Source: Callorhinchus milii
Taxonomy: Eukaryota
DNA: 64,000 bases
Assembly: GCF_018977255.1 (NCBI RefSeq)
Contig: NW_024704743.1
Coordinates: forward strand, 59,956,001-60,020,000
Direction of reading: 5' to 3'
A program made the position numbers and the translations under genes. Positions within the stretch are counted from its first letter, which is position 1. Each line of letters opens with the position of its first letter. The notes beneath the pieces were generated by a model, which had not been told where the DNA came from, ran no database searches, and worked only from the letters and a program-made list of their open reading frames with translations. Below, one piece after another: positions 26,346-38,686 of this stretch.

Positions 26346-27531
26346 ATTGTCCTCCCCCCCCGTCTCCAGTATAACTGTCGACGTCCTGCCCCCCCTCCCC
26401 CGGGTCTCCCGGTGTGTAACTCCCTCCCTCCCCACCACCACCTCAGAGGGTTCCTGCCTGCAATCTCCATCCCATGGGATACCTTTGTGTTCTTGGTGGT
26501 TTTTTTATTCCTCTCAAAGGGCAGTGTTTATTGTTCTTGTCTTATTATCCTCTTCGCATCTGAAAGAGTTTTTCAACCCCATCTCTTTAAGAATCCCAAA
26601 TGTTAATCTGCCCTTTTCAGATGCTGATTTATGTACCATGTTTGTACTTCAAGCATTTATTTTTGCAGCTTTCATTCGTCTTACGGGAAGAGAAACAGCA
26701 TAAATAGGACAACCTCCAGGCGAGAGTTTGGTCTTTTCTGTGTGCTTGGTTTGCTGTGGATGGGTATTGTATGCTAAGCCTGAATTAGTTGCTGCCATGA
26801 ATCAGTTTGTTGCATTATGCAAATGATTCGATGCTTTTAATCACTTTATGGATCAAGATGTACATGCACCATGGAATCTGGTCCCTCACCAGGACTGCTT
26901 TCCTGCTGCCACATCTTCCTCCTTCGCCCCTATCTCACACCTACTGTCGCTGAAACAATAATTCACGCCTTTGTTACATCCTGTCTAGAATTTTCAATGC
27001 AGTCTTCTCCAGTCTTCCCATCACTACCATTCACAAGCTGGAACTCATTCCAAAACATTCTCACCTGTACCAAACTTTGCAAACCTATCTGGTCCTTGAC
27101 AGTTTCCACTCACTCACTATCTCCCAGAGGATTCATTTCAAAGTCCTCATTCTCCCCTATAAAGCCATCCACTTTCTGGTACCTTCTCATCTCTGATCTT
27201 CTACCCTATTTCTCCCCTTGCCCCTTCGGCTCAGCTAACTCAGGCTTGCTATTTGTTCCCTGAACCTCTGGAACTCCCTCCCCTCCACCATTCGTTTCAT
27301 GGGGGACTTTTAAGTCTTGCCTAAAATTCTGCATCTTACCCCTATGGCCACCTTCCCCCCCACCCCACCTCTTTGCACGGAGTCCAACACAGTTCCTGTC
27401 AAATTCACTGAGAAATTGTCCCTTTTTTCCCCTATAATTTTAAGAGCAATTTTTAGAATTTTTAAGTATATAGAATTTATGAAGATTGAATTATATTTTG
27501 CCATAAATTTGGTAAAATTGCTATTTCTAAG

Positions 27532-27673
27532 GTTCCACAAATGGCTGTGAGAAGACCTCCTTTGCATTTCTACGACAAGAACTTCCAGTACGACTTTCAA
27601 ATATCATGAAAGAAATTAATCTACTTCCGGACAACTTGTTAAGCACTCCTTCTGTGAAACTGGTTCAGAGCTG
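27532..27673 (+). CDS. PDK4: PDK exon 2 (142 nt)
   Basis: ag|(G)[46 protein letters not shown](W)|gtgag. Confidence 0.92.
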
Positions 27674-29532
27674 GTGAGTGGTATATGCAATACAATATAG
27701 AGAAACTGTTTTAATTTTAACACCTTTACTTGTAAAGTAATATATTATGCAAAATTAGTATATATCATATATATATAACATATTGGTATCTTGGGAATTG
27801 GTGGGACCATCGCTCAATGGGAAGGGATGTGTGTCTGAGCTGTGGCAGGAAGATGGTGACAATGCTCTCACGCATTGCATTCTGAGCTGTTACTCGCAGG
27901 GAATTTCGTCAGTCACGACTACATTTCCTGTAATTCAATATGTCTTGACTGGTTGCCACTTGTGCACTTACCAGTAAGCATTGGAATCGCATTGAGAAAT
28001 GAAGTTCTTCTGCACATGCGTCGATGGATCAAGATTCTGTCTCCCGTGATTCAATGCAACTGGACGGTAAGTGCGGTGTGTCAGCGGGTTAGGATGTCAG
28101 TTCTCGCATTTCTTGCTAAGAAAGTAATGGAGGATAAGGGAGCTGTGTTACGAGTTAGGAGGTGATTAATACAATAGTACAAAGAAATCTAAGTGGTTAT
28201 GGTAGGAAACTGGAAGGTACATGGGTTAATGCACATCTATGCAATTATATGATTTATAAAGCGAAGACGTATGCGAGTTTTACTGTAGTACTTGTCTAAA
28301 GAACATAGAGAGCATAAGTAGTGGATTTAGAAGCAAAAATACAAACTTCACAAATTTGCTAGACTTCTTGAGTAGTAAATTAAGAAACGATATGAGTGCA
28401 TCCAGTGGATATATAATGCTTACTTAGAGTTTTAGAAGGCATTTGATAATTGTTTACATCTGAGCCTTTTTTCTCTAAAGCAAATTGATGTCTCAATGCG
28501 TAAACTCCAGTGTGGCTCATCACAATACAGACATGATTTATAGGGTATGTTTAGCCTGATTTTTTCCAGCATTAGCTTAAAATAACAGTATAAACTAAAA
28601 ATAACAGTAGGTCAAGATGGATCATGTGAGACTCGCAGAGAGAGGTACAGTTGCACATCAGTTAATGTTCTAATCATAAACTGGTTGTTCTAGGATAACA
28701 TCACTATTGTTGAAGGGTTTACCTCATTGCCTAGTGCTGCTGAAACTATTTTGGGAAATAACAATGGGTCATTGTCATCTTTATCCAGGGTTCACTGTTT
28801 TATTTCTTGTAAACTAATTTCTAGAAACCAATGTTTACCTCCGAATGTGCTTTGTTGCTGCACAGTGTAGTGCAGTCTCAGCGGGAATTATTTTGTTAAA
28901 TTACACAATTCAAAACAATCTGCTTGTCTTGTTAACTCTAGAATTCTCTGTCAGTTCTTGTGTTTAGTTTTCATGTCATTGGATTAATTGGAGGTCAGAT
29001 AATATGTAATGAGTCCCAGTCCTTCCATTGCTGCTCAGTTACTTTATCAACCAACTTTATCCTCTACTCCACCCCACCTCCTTTACTTCACCCCACATGA
29101 CACACCAGCCACTATGCACTCTGGGACAATATTACGTTTTCCTCTTATTATAATAATTCTTGCATTTGATATAGCATCTCATTGCGTCATTGAGCTCCCT
29201 TTTCGAATAGTGCCATAGGATCTTTAAGGTCCACTTGAACAAGCAGACTGTGTTTCATCTAAAGTGTAGCAACTGACAATGCATTGCACCCCTTAGCACC
29301 GCACTGGAGCATCAGTCAAGACTGAGTTTAAAATCCTGATGTGGGAACCCAAATCCTTTGACTCAGAGGTCTGTGATGTTTTTTTTTGCTCCAGCTCTCT
29401 CAGCAATAATCCAATCCTACATACCTTGTATTTCTTTGCACAAAAATTCAGTTTTCAACTGTTTTGGAAAATGAATAATAGTTTTTTTAAAAAAGAAGTC
29501 ACCTAACATCTGAATATTTTGTTTCTCTTTAG

Positions 29533-29604
29533 GTATGTACAAAGTCTAATGGACATTTTAGAGTTCTTAGACAAAAATCCTGAAGATCACAGAGTTTTAT
29601 CAGA
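29533..29604 (+). CDS. PDK4: PDK exon 3 (72 nt)
   Basis: ag|(W)[23 protein letters not shown](D)|gtaag. Confidence 0.92.
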
Positions 29605-29884
29605 GTAAGTTCAAAATATTGTACTTTAGTGTGTGTGTGTTTGTATGTGTGTATGTATATATAATATACATTTATTACTGTATAAATCGCTGTCTTTTTC
29701 TAGAGATCTATAGGAGACTTGTAAACTCTTCTCTCTCCCCCCCCCCGCGCCCCCCCCGTAATACTTTTGTCCGGCATGGTTCATGATACTTCGTCCCAAT
29801 TTACAGTCTTGTCCCTGAGGTCAAAATCAGATGATCTGATATTAAGGTGAAGATCACTAGAATTGTTTTTGTACAACCCAGGAT

Positions 29885-30340
29885 GTTAGCCTGTTTTAAT
29901 TGGTAGCCCTCTGCCTCTGAGTCAGAAGACTGTGAGTTCAAGCCCCTCATCAGGACTTTGACTCATAGTCTGACACTCCACTCCAGTGCTGAAGTTGCCA
30001 GCCTTTGGACTGAGATCCCTTCTGCTTGTTCAGGTGGACATTAATGATGCCGTGGCACTATTCAGAAAGAGAAGTGAGTTTCTCCCAGTGTCCTGGCCAA
30101 TAATCCCCCAGATAAAATTGATGTTAATTGCATGGATGTTTGTGGGACATTGCTTTGCGCAAATTGGCTGCTGCCTTTGTCTACACACTTGGAGTCACTA
30201 TACTGTACACTAAGTTCTGTGAAGCGTTTGAGATATTTTGACGACCTAAGGTGTAAAGGCAGGATTATTATAAACCCAGATAATGAGACGCTTTGAGATG
30301 TGATAATGCGCTATATCAAATACAAGGATTATTATAATAA
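29885..30340 (+). mobile_element. SacSINE1-like Deu-domain SINE with duplicated tail
   Basis: Same family motifs as 14945; the tail segment occurs twice. Confidence 0.7.
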
Positions 30341-30699
30341 TGAGTCTTTGTTTGGCTGATGTTGTTTTGGTGGTCCCCCCCTGTTGCGTCCAGCCTCATT
30401 TATCTTGATTCTCATGTTGAAGTCTGTTATGTCTTAAGCCCATCAGCTCTGTCCCTTTCTGATAACTCTGAAGATGGAGATGCTGTTGACCCATGCCAAT
30501 CTCCTATTGTCAGCCTCTCTCGATCCATCCTGTGGCTGATAGGGTGCGAGTTGATCTCAGTGAAGAACCATTTTCTTTCAGCTGCTCCTTTCTGAAATCC
30601 AGTACATAAACCATTGAAAGCTTTTTGAATTTGCACTTGCACTTAGAGCTGCTGGGGTTCAAGGGCTATCAGAAAGTGGTCAACCATGAAGACCTTGAA

Positions 30700-31095
30700 A
30701 GTTGTTGGTCCACTGTTGAGAAGACAAGTTGAGCTTCTCCGCATTGTTTGCTAAGGCCTTGGGGTTCTTGCCTGCTTTACGTCTCAAGTGACACAGCTAC
30801 TTCTTGGTGCCTTACGTTTTGAGGACACCTCTGAATCAAGTAGTCAAGGTCAATTTAAAAACTAGGTAATCCTTTCTTAGACCAGGCTGTCTAATATGCC
30901 TACTGTCTCTCCTTCCAGGATTACTGCTAGGTAGGATAAACGCTGATAATCCGTCCATCCATTTTTGTTGAAGATTACTTTGAACAGAGACGGTATGTCT
31001 CCTAGTGAATGGTAATATTGTATAAGGGAACCCGTTTCCATGGCTGGTACATGGCTGTTTTTTTGCATTCCCTGGGTTTCTCGGCTTTGCAGGTA
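30700..31095 (-). mobile_element. Possible decayed Ty3/Gypsy gag remnant
   Basis: Translation ...FKVIFNKNGWTDYQRLSYLAVILEGETVGIL resembles the NGW-x-L-x-L-x-G pattern of Gypsy gag N-termini; no LTR or pol was seen. Confidence 0.35.
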
Positions 31096-31879
31096 GATGG
31101 GGCCTCTGTTTAACTTCTCATTCAAAGTTTGGCACCTCTGGCAATCTAGCCCTTCCCCAGCACAGCACTGGAGTATCAGCCTTGAATGTGCACTCAGAAG
31201 TTCCAATGTGGGGTTCGAATTCACAACCTTCTGGCTTGGAGGTGAGAATACTATCAGCTGAGCCAAGGTGACATCTTGTCTTGCAGTTGTGCTTCTTGGA
31301 GGGGTCTTCTCCTGATGCCACTGCAGCACCAATTGGCATGAAAGGTCTTACCAGTGTTTAACAACAAAGGCTCTTAAGCTTTATCAGTGGTGAAGCAACA
31401 AATCCTAAAGACCTCAGCTGATTCTCTCTAATATTTGTGGGACACTATGCCCTTTTATATGGGAATATATCTCTGCCTATGGAACTGTCAATCTTGCTGT
31501 TAGCAGTGAATCTCTCTGGACTAAAAGGATGAAGGAGGTTTTTTCATTTCTATTAGTTGGCAATGTAGCTGGAGATTCAAATTCCCTCATTACTCCTGAC
31601 AGTCAATGTACCTGCAGGAACCCTCTTGGGACTCCCATTTCTCGCTCACCTGACTGTGCAATAAGATCATGTCTGATTGCCTACGACTTGTGCCTCTTGT
31701 GTGCTGTTTGCCTGCCTTTGTTTCAGAATGGCGTAGGTCAGCCTCGGCCGCCCCTTCCCCCTCCACAACACACTCCCCAAACACACTACGATATGTGGTA
31801 CGTTGTGCTCTATCCGTCTTAATTATTGTTGGCATCAGTTAACATGAATGTTTTCTAATGGCAGAAACTATTTCAATAA

Positions 31880-32679
31880 AATTTTATATTTATATAATGC
31901 CTTTCACATCGGGAGGATGTCCCAAAGGGATTGGCTGGGTACCTGAGCTAGAGTTGGGAGCCAAGTGGGGAGGGAAGGGAAAGAGGACTGAAAGCATCAA
32001 TCAAAAAGAAGTGCGTTATGAGATGGATCTTGAACGAGGTAAGGGAGTCAGGGATTCTGGGATGGATTTCCGAAGAGCCAGGGCAGAATGGTTGAAAACC
32101 TGCCTGCCAATGGGGTGGATAGGGCGGGGGACATGAAGGTGGCCGATGCTCACTGAGCAGTTGGGTTGGGAGGGTTAAAGGAGGTCCAAATCCCCTGGCT
32201 ATCCAGCACCTTGGGAATTATCCTGCCTTGAAAGGTGCTATATAAATGTAATTTGTTGTTGAGGTCACAGAGGTAGGGTGGGGCAAAACCATGGAAGGTT
32301 TTCAAGGTGAGGATGAGGATCTTCAATTTCATTTACAGGGGGGATGGTGAGCCAATGGAGCTGAGCAAGGATGGGGTTGACGCAGAGCCTGGTGTGGAAG
32401 AGGACATGGGATGCAGGGTTCTGGATAGTCTGCAGCTTGTGTAGAGAAGAGCTGTAGAGTTCAGTGAGCAGAGCTTTGGCATAGTCAAGCCTGAACGTGG
32501 AAGAAGGCCTGAGTGGTCTGAGAGGAGAGGCAAGCCATGTTTTAGAGGTGAGGGTAAGCTGAGTGGGTCAGAGCATGGATGTAGGGTTTGAAAGACAGTT
32601 GGGAGACAAACAGGACGCTGAGGTTCAGCCCTGGCTCTGTAAGTTGGAGTATGCATCCGTGCAAGTTGATGCTGCAAGC
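31880..32679 (-). mobile_element. L2-like LINE fragments, decayed
   Basis: LKILILTLKTFHGFAPPYL; the 5' end lies about 30 nt upstream of PDK exon 4. Confidence 0.75.
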
Positions 32680-32708
32680 AGAAGGATTAATGATAATGCG
32701 TGTTATAG

Positions 32709-32893
32709 CTTTTCAGATGCCCTCATCAATATTCGGAACAGGCACAATAACGTGGTTCCAACAATGGCACAGGGAGTCGTCGAGTATAAGGAAGCGTTTG
32801 GTATTGATCCTGTTGCTAATCAGAATGTACAGTACTTCCTAGATCGATTCTACCTGAGCCGAATCTCTATCCGAATGCTCATTAACCAGCATA
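32709..32893 (+). CDS. PDK4: PDK exon 4 (185 nt)
   Basis: tatag|(D)[61 protein letters not shown](T)|gtaag. Confidence 0.92.
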
Positions 32894-34169
32894 GTAAGTA
32901 TGATTTCTTTACTGGAAGCTGATGACTTACTCTAGTTTTCTTTATCTAGGGATTCTAAATCTTTTATCTTGTAAAAACTGAATTGAAAGGGTTGATAATC
33001 AGTCATTTCACCAGTTAATCAATTATTATTTAAGGCAGATGAAACCGGGACGATGTATAAACTATTTGTCAAGACTGGACATAATGTTTATTATCTGCTT
33101 TCAAAGTTAAATTTGCTTCAGCCACTTTGTTTACACTTTTATTACCAAGTTCAATAATTTCTGTAAACAAAATAGTTAAACCTTTCATTTCATATAGCAC
33201 TTATAATATTAGTGCAGTGTCTCAAATGCTTCACATTGGGCTCAGTTGGTAGCCTGGCTGAGTCAGAAGGTTGCTTGTACAAATATTTTTGTTTTTTGCT
33301 TTATTCCAAACACATAAATTAGTGATTTTATGTGATTGTGATTTTATTCAAAATACTTTGGGATTTTGAATACAGTGTCGGCTGACACTCACTGCAGTGG
33401 TGTGGGAGCATTGCAGTATCGAAGGTGTTGTCTTTTGGATGAAACGTTAAAGTTCATTTTGTTTGTTCAGGTGGCTGTTAAGGATCCGTAGCACTATTCG
33501 AAAACTGGAGGGAGATTCTCCCAGTGTCCTGGACAACAATCCCCCAGATAAAATTAGTCATTCACTTCATGGCAGTTTTTGGAACATTGCTGTGTCCAAA
33601 TTAGTAACTGAGTTATCACACTTCACAATAACTTTGCGAGACCCTTCCGGAGTGACAGGTGCTATATATTATTATTGTATAATTGCTATCAAACTTAGGA
33701 CTGTGTATTTGTAGCTAAATGCAGCAATCAATTTGCTCACTGAGGCCAAACAAGCTGCCACAAAATGAATGACTAATTAATTCAGAGGATTTGGGGCTTT
33801 AACACCAGGAGAATTCCCTTCACTTTTTGAGCAGTGGAATTTGTAAAGCCCATTTGAACAGGCAGACAATACTTTGGTTTAAGGTCTCCTATATTTATTT
33901 GTATTTTTGAAAAAACTTTGTGATTGTCTTTGTGATTCCAACAAAAAGGTGTTCAGGCTTGAATCATTAAATATTAAACTAGAACTTTGAAAATTGACTG
34001 TTCCAAGTTGAAAACACTACAAGATTTAATATGCACATATTTACTGTTAAATGAGGTTTAATGCAGATAAATGCAAGGTACTACCTGTAGGAAAAATATT
34101 GGAATAGGAAATGCAAGCACTCTATGGATGAATTGGAACTTGCCAAAGAGGAAACTGAAAGAGATCTCC

Positions 34170-36020
34170 AACAACAGCAACCAAATTACACTTATGCAGA
34201 GCCTTTCACATAGGGAGATGTCCCAAGGCACTGGACAGACAGAAATACGGACCTGAGCTGGGGGTCGGGAAGGCTGAAGGGCAGGGGGGTATGTAGGGAG
34301 ATCAAAACATGGTCGAAGAGGAGGGTCTTGAGGGAGGGGGTGAGATGGAGGGACTGCGGGTTAGAGTTGCAGAGGGTGGGTGCAGAGTGGCGGAAGGCCC
34401 ACCTGCCAGTAGTGGGGCGAGCAGGGTGGGGAACTTGAAGCAGGCCGGAGCCCGCTGAGTGGAGGGAGCGAACAGGATGGTAGGGGCTTAGGAGGTCGGA
34501 GAGGTAGAGGGGAGCAAGACCGTGGAGGGCTTTGAAGGCGAGGACCAGATTCTTGAACTGTATCCTCTGTGTGATGGGAAGCCAGTGGAGTTCGGCAAGG
34601 ATGGGGGTGATAGGGTTGCAGAGCCCAGTGTGGGAGAGGACACGGGCTGCAGAGTTCTGGATGATCTGCAGCCTGTGGAAGGAGGAGTTGGGGAGGTCGA
34701 CAAGCAATGAGTTTGCATAGTCGAGCCTCAATGTAATGAAAGCATGCATGAGGGTTTCAGCGGCCTGCAGTGTGAGACAGTGGTGGAGCTGGGAGACGCT
34801 GGGGAGGTGGGAGAAGGCCGAGCAGGTCATGGCGCAGATGTGGGGTAGAAAGGATAGTTGAGGGTCTAGAAGATGTGAAAAGTGCTATATCAAATGCAAG
34901 GATTATTATTGGGGGTCAAACAAGACTCCAAGGTTCTGGACTGGCTTAGCAAGGTGGAGTGTGCAACCATGGATGGTGATCCTGTCAGCGCCTGAGCCAA
35001 TCAGGAGAGCCTCGGTCTTGTTGACGTTCAACTGAAGAAAGTTTGCTCTCATCCAGGACTTGATATCTGACAGAGATTCTGTCAGGATAGCAGTGGTCCT
35101 GGAGTCAAGGGTGGAGGCAGAGAGGTAGAGTTGGATGTCATCTGTACACATGTGGAAGTTGACCCCATGTCTGTGGATGATGTCACCAAGAGGAAGCATA
35201 TAGATATTGAAGAGGAGGGGACCAAGGACAGATCCCTGAGGAACGCCACACGAGACGGTGCAAGGGCTCGAGGAGAAGCCGTTTGAGGAGATGAAGTGCA
35301 GGCAGTGTGAGAGGTACAATCTGAGCCAGTCAAGGACAGCGTCATTGAGGTGAGAAGATAGGTGGTGGATGGGGATAGAGTGGTCAACAGTGTCGAAAGC
35401 AGCAGAGAGGTCAAGGAATACGAGGAGGCAGAGGGAGCCCTGGTCGCAGATGGAAAGAATGTCATTTGTCATTTTGACCAGGGCGGTTTCTCTGCTGTGA
35501 GCGGCAAGGAAGCCCGGTTGGAGGGGTTCGAGAGGAAGGAGCGAAGCTGAGAAGCAACAACTCCTTGCAGGACTTTGGAGAGGAAGGTGAGGTTGGAGAT
35601 GGGTCGGTAGTTAGGGAGTAGAAAGGGTCCAGGGAGGGTTTTTTAAGGATAGGAGTGATGACAGCGGTTTTTAAAGGGGTGGGAACAGTACCAGAGGACA
35701 GGGAGAGGTTGACGATATCAGTGAGTAGAGGAGCAAGGAGGTGGAGCTTGGAGGTAAGGAGGGTTTAGGGATGGGGTCGAGGGAGCAGGTGGTGGGTTTC
35801 ATACGGGTTATGGTGGTGATGCGAGAGGAGGGGGAGACAGGTTCAAAGGTGTGGAGGGAGGGATGGGTAGGGGCTGGGGTGGGAGGAGGAGATGGGGAGG
35901 GGATAGCAGATGCAGAGGCAGCTCAGCGATTACCTCGACTTTGGATTCGAGGAAGTCCAGCATTGTCTTGCAGTTGGCATTTGAGGTGAGGATGGGTGAG
36001 GTGTGAGAGGGTGGGCGGAG
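34170..36020 (-). mobile_element. Longest L2-like LINE copy (~1.85 kb, RT domain, disrupted)
   Basis: LDLSAAFDTVDH, GVPQGSVLGPLLF and (C)TDDIQLY motifs plus C-terminal LHWLP; contains a small tail insertion at ~34867-34911. Confidence 0.9.
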
Positions 36021-36750
36021 GAGCCAGTTCGTGATAGGATCTTGACTCATCATTCACCATGTCAAAATAATATGAGGCAGCAATAAACCAGGCAAAAGGA
36101 TGCAGAGCTATATTACTAAATCAGTTGAGTTCAGACCCCCAGACATCATACTTCAGCTATATAGTGTTCTGGTCAATATAGCACAATATTAATGCACCTA
36201 GAGAACAGAGGTGTTGCAAAGTACGTGGGCTGTCCATGCCCTGGAGGCAATGCTGGAGAGAGCAAGGATGATTCTGCTCATCTTGTCTCAACCCTCAGAA
36301 TTCCATCCCCTCATTACTGCATCAAGCTGTTTTTTTTTAAAATGAGTAGTGTCCTAACCTTGACCACTTTTCCTGGCAACTCGTCATTGATTAACCTTTG
36401 CTTAAAGAAAAATAATAATAATCCTTGCAGTTGATATAGCGCCTTACCATGTCTTCGAGATGTCTCAAAGTGGTTCACAGAATATGCAGTAAAGTGAATT
36501 GACTGTATATTTTGTGGGTGAAAATGACCAGGTATCTCTCCTGAAATTGCCCCTTATAACTCTAAACCTATGTCATCTTGTTCTACACTCCTAATACATC
36601 CTAAGGTATTGATCTGGGCTTACTTTTTCAATTCCATTTAACATTTTATACATTCCAGTGTTAGAGGAATGAGCTATGAGTAATGATTAGATAAGGTAGG
36701 GCTCTTTAGTCTCAAGAGATTACAACACTTTAAGGTGTACACTTTACAGT

Positions 36751-37072
36751 GGAGTCCTGTAGCTCAGTGGTTAGAGCACTCGCTTTGCAAGTGAGAGACC
36801 TGAGTTCAATTCCAGGCAGGGCGAAACCTTGGGCAAGTTTCCTTACTCCACACAGAGCCTAATAATAATCCCTCCAAAACCAAAAACAATAATTAAATTG
36901 GTCATTTTCAATCTACGACTGTTTGTGGGACATTGCTGTGCGCAATTGGCTGCCGCGTTCGCCCACAAATGTACAGTCAATTCACTTTACAGTGTGTTCT
37001 GTGAAGCGCTTTGGGACGTCTTCCCGACGTGAAAAGCGCTATATCAAATGCAAGGATTATTATTATTATTAT
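36751..37072 (+). mobile_element. Young full-length tRNA-Ala(TGC)-headed SINE with partial Deu domain and LINE-like tail
   Basis: GGAGTCCTGTAGCTCAGTGGTTAGAGC (A box), TTGCAA anticodon loop, GAGTTCAATTCC (B box), tgtttgtgggacattgctgtgcgcaattggctgccgcgtt core and (tta)n tail. Confidence 0.9.
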
Positions 37073-37387
37073 AAATCCTGTGAAGCACTTTGGCACGCCT
37101 TCCTGATGTGAAAGGCACTATATCAAATGCAAGGATTATTATTATCTAATCTACTTGTTTGGGAATAAAAGTGATTTTTTTCTCCTAATCATTATTATTT
37201 TAAGTAATATTTTCATTAATTTGAATAGATGCTTTGTGTATAATGTACAAAAATCATGACATTTGAATGCTTTATATGTAATTTAGTAACTTTGATTATT
37301 TGGGGCCTGTGTTTTAAATATGAGAAACTTTATATGAAATGGTTGTATTACAAAGGCATCAGAGGTAACAATTTTTTATTTTATCAG

Positions 37388-37474
37388 CTCTTGTTTTCGA
37401 TGGCAGTAACCCAGCCCATCCCAAACACATCGGTGGCATTGACCCTAACTGTGACGTGCTGGAAGTAGTGAAAG
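37388..37474 (+). CDS. PDK4: PDK exon 5 (87 nt)
   Basis: cag|(T)LVFDGSNPAHPKHIGGIDPNCDVLEVVK(D)|gtaag. Confidence 0.92.
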
Positions 37475-38686
37475 GTAAGTGAGTGGTGTGCTGTGTTTTA
37501 TACAGATGTGCCTAGTGACACCTATCAAAATTGTGGTCACATTTGTGCTTTTAGAATCTGGTGATCTGCATTCAATCAGTTCAATGATCAGATTTGCAGA
37601 TCTGCAAATTACTGATTTGGTGGGCTGTTTAATGAAGCAGTTGGTGTGCCACTATCAATTGAGTGCTGCCACAAAGATTACTTTTTTTTTTAAGCTAGAT
37701 CTCCATGATTTTCTTTATTGCACCTTTATGTTTCTGTCCTTTCCTGGTTTCATTTTTACCTATCTCAGGGTCTTCGCTTTGTCTCTTCTAACCGTTTCTC
37801 CTCTTGTCTCCGAATTGTCTCTATGGCGTTCCTCGGGGCTGTATACTTGGTCTTCTACTTTTTATCAACTATATGCTCTCCCTTGCTGACATCATCCATT
37901 TATGTGGGCATTCATTTCCACATGTATGTGGTTGACAACCAACTCTCCCTCTTATACCCTCTACCCTAGAGCTTTCAGTTATTCTGCCACCGCTTGCTGG
38001 AAATCCATCCCTCAGTTCCTCCACCTGACCACCTCCCTCCCCACCCTTAAATCTCTTCTTAAAAAACAACTTGTATTTATGTAGCACTCTTCACAAGAAA
38101 AAGGGATGACCATAGGGACGGTCGAAGAGGAAAGTCTTCGGGTGCGATTTGAAGATAGGTAAATAGGGGGCAAGGTGGAGGGGGTTCCAAAGGTTCGAGA
38201 CTTAGTGGCTGAAGGCATGGCTGCTGGTGTTGGAGCAGAGGAGTTGGGGGATGTGCAGAAGGTCTGAAGCTGAGCGGCATAAAGTGATTTCTAGATGAGT
38301 GTGTGGATCTTAAAATCAATCCATTCTGCAACAGGGAGACTATGGAGCCTGGCAAGGACTGGGGTGATGAAGGTGCCGAGTTTAGTATGGATGAGGATAT
38401 GGGTGGCGAAGTTCTCAAATCAGTTGAAATTTGTGAATAAAACTTCTTTTTGACTGTGCTTTTGGTCACCTTTCCCCCCCCCCCCCCCCCCCCCAACCCC
38501 CTCAATTCCATGAACCCATTTACTTCTTATAGAATCTGATTGGAAAAACCCGTTCCTTGTTTTTATATATGTCTCTTTATGGCAGCAGTGGATACATGAG
38601 CATCTTCAGGATAAGTTCTGAAGGTTCACTAGCCTCATTTTTAAAAGTGTGATTAAAATTAGAACCAAATGAAATTTAATTTAGCT

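Noticed and set aside
23499..26470. Very long Gly-rich minus-strand ORFs (980, 879 and 357 aa)
   Set aside because: They are translations of the G-rich minisatellites, which lack stop codons on that strand. Several frames are open at once and depend on unreliable homopolymer lengths.
34170..36020. Active autonomous LINE
   Set aside because: It is 5'-truncated, frameshifted, interrupted by an insertion, and the catalytic YADD is altered (CTDD). No full-length ORF2 is present in the window.
36751..36825. tRNA-Ala gene
   Set aside because: The acceptor stem does not pair and the sequence continues into a SINE body. It is a SINE head with several diverged copies in the window.
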